Assembly: GCA_963703955.1 (NCBI GenBank)
Contig: CAVPGK010000013.1
Coordinates: 104,295-168,294 of the forward strand
Length of the DNA stretch: 64,000 bases
Direction of reading: 5' to 3'
DNA from: Nitrospirota bacterium
Lineage (GTDB): Bacteria; Nitrospirota; Nitrospiria; Nitrospirales; Nitrospiraceae
Shown here: one piece after another, positions 61,717-64,000 of the stretch
Position numbering within the stretch: the first letter of the stretch is position 1
How the letters are laid out: every line of letters starts with the position of its first letter
Notes under the pieces: model-generated
What the model was told of the DNA's origin: nothing
Seen by the model: only the letters and a program-made list of their open reading frames with translations
Database searches by the model: none
Program-made: the position numbers and the translations under genes

Positions 61717-62103
61717 TTACTGCTTGCTCAGTGTCCGGATGTAGGCCAGCACATCTCTGGACTGCTGGTCGGAGAGGCGGAGCTTCCAGGCCGGCATGTT
61801 GGGTTTCCCTTCATGGATGGTCTTCAGCATGTCGGCGTCCGATTTTGCCTTGACCGAGGGGGAGGTGAGGTTTGCCGGGTCAGTGCCAAGCAACTTGTAG
61901 CCATCGCCTTTGCCTTCTGTTCCATGGCAAGCCGCACAGTGCCGCACGTACAGTTCCTTCCCTCTGGCCGCACGGCCGCTTTTCGACGGAGGCTGGCCCG
62001 CCACGGCGCTCCAGATCGGAGGACCAAGAACGAGCGTGGTTGCGATGAAGACCAACACTCCGAGATGGGTGTTTATCGTAGGATTCCCTCCACAGCCACG
62101 CAC
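61717..62103 (-). CDS. c-type cytochrome (monohaem)
   Basis: 128 aa with a membrane anchor or signal sequence, a CAACH haem motif, and Met candidate in KPNMPAW. Confidence 0.75.
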   Translation of the reverse strand: MRGCGGNPTINTHLGVLVFIATTLVLGPPIWSAVAGQPPSKSGRAARGKELYVRHCAACHGTEGKGDGYKLLGTDPANLTSPSVKAKSDADMLKTIHEGKPNMPAWKLRLSDQQSRDVLAYIRTLSKQ

Positions 62104-64000
62104 GGCGGCTCTGTCTCTGCCGAAACCTTCCTGCGACCGGGCTCACTTCCTGAACGCCGATCTTCGAACCACCGAAACATAGCAGGCAGCACCACCAGCG
62201 TCAACAGGGTCGAGGTCAACGTGCCACCGAGCACGACGATGGCCAGAGGTCGCTGGACCTCTGCTCCGATTCCCTGCGCCACGGCCAGCGGGAGAAGCCC
62301 CAGCAGCGTCGTCAGCGCGGTCATCAGGATTGGCCGCAGTCGTCGCAGACAGCCGGTGACGACCGCGTCGTCCACGGACAACCTCTCCTGCCGCAAGTCG
62401 TGGATGTGAGTGACAAGGACGAGCCCGTTTCCCACCGCGACGCCGAACAGGCTGATAAACCCCAGCGACGCCGGGACGCTCAAGTACTCGCCGGTCAGCC
62501 ACAGTGCCCACACGCCACCGACCAGGGCAAAGGGAAGATTCAGAATGATCAGTGTTGCGTAGCGCAGCGAGTGCAAGGAGGAAAACAACAGTAGAAAGAT
62601 CAAGGCGATCGTGACCGGCACCACGATCTGAAGGCGCGCCATGGCCCGCTGCATGTTCTCGAACGCGCCGCTCCACCGGATGGCATAGCCGGGAGGCAGC
62701 GGCAGTTGCGCCTCGATCTTCTGCTGAGCCTCTGCAACCACGCTGCCGATGTCGCGGCCCGATACGTTGAAGCCGATTGCGATCTTCCGCTTGAGCCCCT
62801 CCCGGCTGATGTGAGCGGAGCCTTCGCGCAGTTCGATCGCGGCCAGATCGCTCAACGGTATGTGCGCTCCGGTCGGAGTTTCCACCAGAATGTTGCCGAT
62901 GGCTTTCACGCTGCTCCGGTCTGACGCCGGAAACCGGAGGGTCAGATCAAACCGGCGTTCACGCTCATACACCTGCGTCGCGGCTTTGCCGCCGACGGCT
63001 GTCGCGATGATCTCCTGAACCTCCATCACGTTCATGCCGAAGCGCGCGATCTTGTCCCGATCGACGGTTACGGTCAGGTACGTCTGCCCGAACAATTGCT
63101 CCATTTTTACGTCTCTCACTCCGGCCACCGTTTTGAGGATATCCGTAATCTGTTCCGCGCCGGATTTGAGAACGTCCAGGTCTTCTCCGGAAAGCTTGAT
63201 CGAGACCTCGGTACGAAACCCGGAGATCAGTTCATCCACGCGTTCCTGAATGGGCTGGCTCATCAGGACTGCGATGCCGGGAATCTCGGCCAGACGCCGG
63301 CGCATGGCCTCAACCAGGTCCGGCTTGCGCGTGGCCGTGGTCCACGTCTCGCGAGGGCGGAGCAATACTACCGGATCGCTTTCATACGGCTCCTCGGGTG
63401 TCGTTGCAATTTCGGGGCGGCCGATCTTGCTCACCACCATGGTCGTCTCGGGAAATTGCAACATGGCGTGTTGCGCCTGCCGTTCCAACTCGATCGAGTG
63501 CGGCAGGGACACGCTGGGGTGACGGATGATCTGAGGGGTGAGCGCGCCTTCATCCATGATCGGCACGAATTCTCTTCCCAGAAACGGCAACAACGCGAGG
63601 CTGACGAGGAAAAGAACAGCCGCGACCCCAACGACCGCAAACCGATGGCCGAGGGTCCAGCGAAGAACGGGGAGATAGAGGCGTTTGAGCCACCGCATGA
63701 GGATCAGGTCCTCTTCTCGGCCTCCTCGCAGAATCAGCGAGCAGAGGACAGGGGAGAGCGTGAGCGACAGCACCAAAGAGATGAGGAGCGCGATCACCAT
63801 CGTCGCGGCGAGCGGCTTGAACATCTTCCCTCCATCCCCTGCAGGGTCAGGAGTGGGAGAAAGACGACACTGATGATCAGAATGCTGAACGCGATGGGCC
63901 GGGCCACTTCTTTGGCGGCCTGTAAGACCGTTTCTTGCCGAGTCCGGAAGCGACGCCCGGCCGTTGAAAGGAAATGATAGGCGTTCTCCCACCACCACAA
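62073..64000 (-). CDS. CusA/CzcA-family heavy-metal RND efflux permease, N-terminus beyond the right edge, one frameshift
   Basis: ORF 62073..63998 carries the C-terminal two thirds of a CzcA-like pump. ORF 63794..64000 (..AFSILIISVVFLPLLTLQGMEG) is the preceding segment one frame over. One extra base at about 63824..63829 gives ..LQGMEGKMFKPLAATMV.. Confidence 0.9.
   Translation of the reverse strand, partial: VVVGERLSFPFNGRASLPDSARNGLTGRQRSGPAHRVQHSDHQCRLSPTPDPAGDGGKMFKPLAATMVIALLISLVLSLTLSPVLCSLILRGGREEDLILMRWLKRLYLPVLRWTLGHRFAVVGVAAVLFLVSLALLPFLGREFVPIMDEGALTPQIIRHPSVSLPHSIELERQAQHAMLQFPETTMVVSKIGRPEIATTPEEPYESDPVVLLRPRETWTTATRKPDLVEAMRRRLAEIPGIAVLMSQPIQERVDELISGFRTEVSIKLSGEDLDVLKSGAEQITDILKTVAGVRDVKMEQLFGQTYLTVTVDRDKIARFGMNVMEVQEIIATAVGGKAATQVYERERRFDLTLRFPASDRSSVKAIGNILVETPTGAHIPLSDLAAIELREGSAHISREGLKRKIAIGFNVSGRDIGSVVAEAQQKIEAQLPLPPGYAIRWSGAFENMQRAMARLQIVVPVTIALIFLLLFSSLHSLRYATLIILNLPFALVGGVWALWLTGEYLSVPASLGFISLFGVAVGNGLVLVTHIHDLRQERLSVDDAVVTGCLRRLRPILMTALTTLLGLLPLAVAQGIGAEVQRPLAIVVLGGTLTSTLLTLVVLPAMFRWFEDRRSGSEPGRRKVSAETEPPCVAVEGILR

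Noticed and set aside
1-64000. Search for CRISPR arrays, IS elements, transposases, integrases, rRNA and intact tRNA genes.
   Set aside because: No regularly spaced short repeats, no DDE or tyrosine-recombinase motifs in any tracked ORF, and no complete cloverleaf were seen. This was a by-eye scan, so small or degenerate elements could have been missed.

Overview
GC-rich bacterial chromosomal window. GC was not computed. The gene content (NAD-type formate dehydrogenase plus an FNT channel, many USP and CBS genes, sigma-54-type promoters) fits a Nitrospira-like or similar chemolithotroph, but that is only an inference. No rRNA, intact tRNA, CRISPR array, transposase or integrase was found.

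Layout:
- 1-11.5 kb, all minus strand: AlgH, an SGNH-like hydrolase, a run of small detox-type families (SRPBCC x2, DUF1579, VOC x2, DUF5069, DUF1428, YciI, DUF427), and an RND efflux pump with its adaptor.
- 11.5-18 kb: an accessory-looking islet. It holds a CI/LexA-like S24 repressor, DUF72, an untracked metallothionein-like ORF, DUF3015, PilZ and an AbiTii-like protein. It is broken up by two pairs of direct repeats.
- 18-25 kb: an orphan histidine kinase, a frameshifted outer-membrane barrel, and a periplasmic cupredoxin plus c-haem (DUF3365) pair.
- 25-32 kb: a two-gene SufC-SufB/D module, a truncated AmmeMemoRadiSam gene, rtcA, a Mut7-C remnant, DksA/TraR, YtxH, two CBS genes and an orphan dnaJ.
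- 32-35 kb: low coding density, ending in an orphan 3' half of tRNA-Lys.
- 35-62 kb: a PAS kinase, a GNAT/acyl-CoA-synthetase fusion, then a dense stress or dormancy-type island. It carries six USP genes, CBS, hsp20, mgtE, a phosphoribosyltransferase, dienelactone hydrolase, hemerythrin, cupredoxin, cytochromes c, and fdsGBA-like formate dehydrogenase with a formate channel.
- Right edge: a partial CzcA/CusA pump.

Main hunt results:
- Sigma-54-type -24/-12 motifs sit in front of at least six of the stress operons. They are accompanied by a shared palindrome and a duplicated ~180-nt leader. No activator gene is in the window.
- Many genes are broken by single-base frameshifts, mostly at homopolymers. 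This means either assembly error or real gene decay.

I saw no clear multi-gene system of a new kind. The sigma-54 stress regulon is the strongest candidate.
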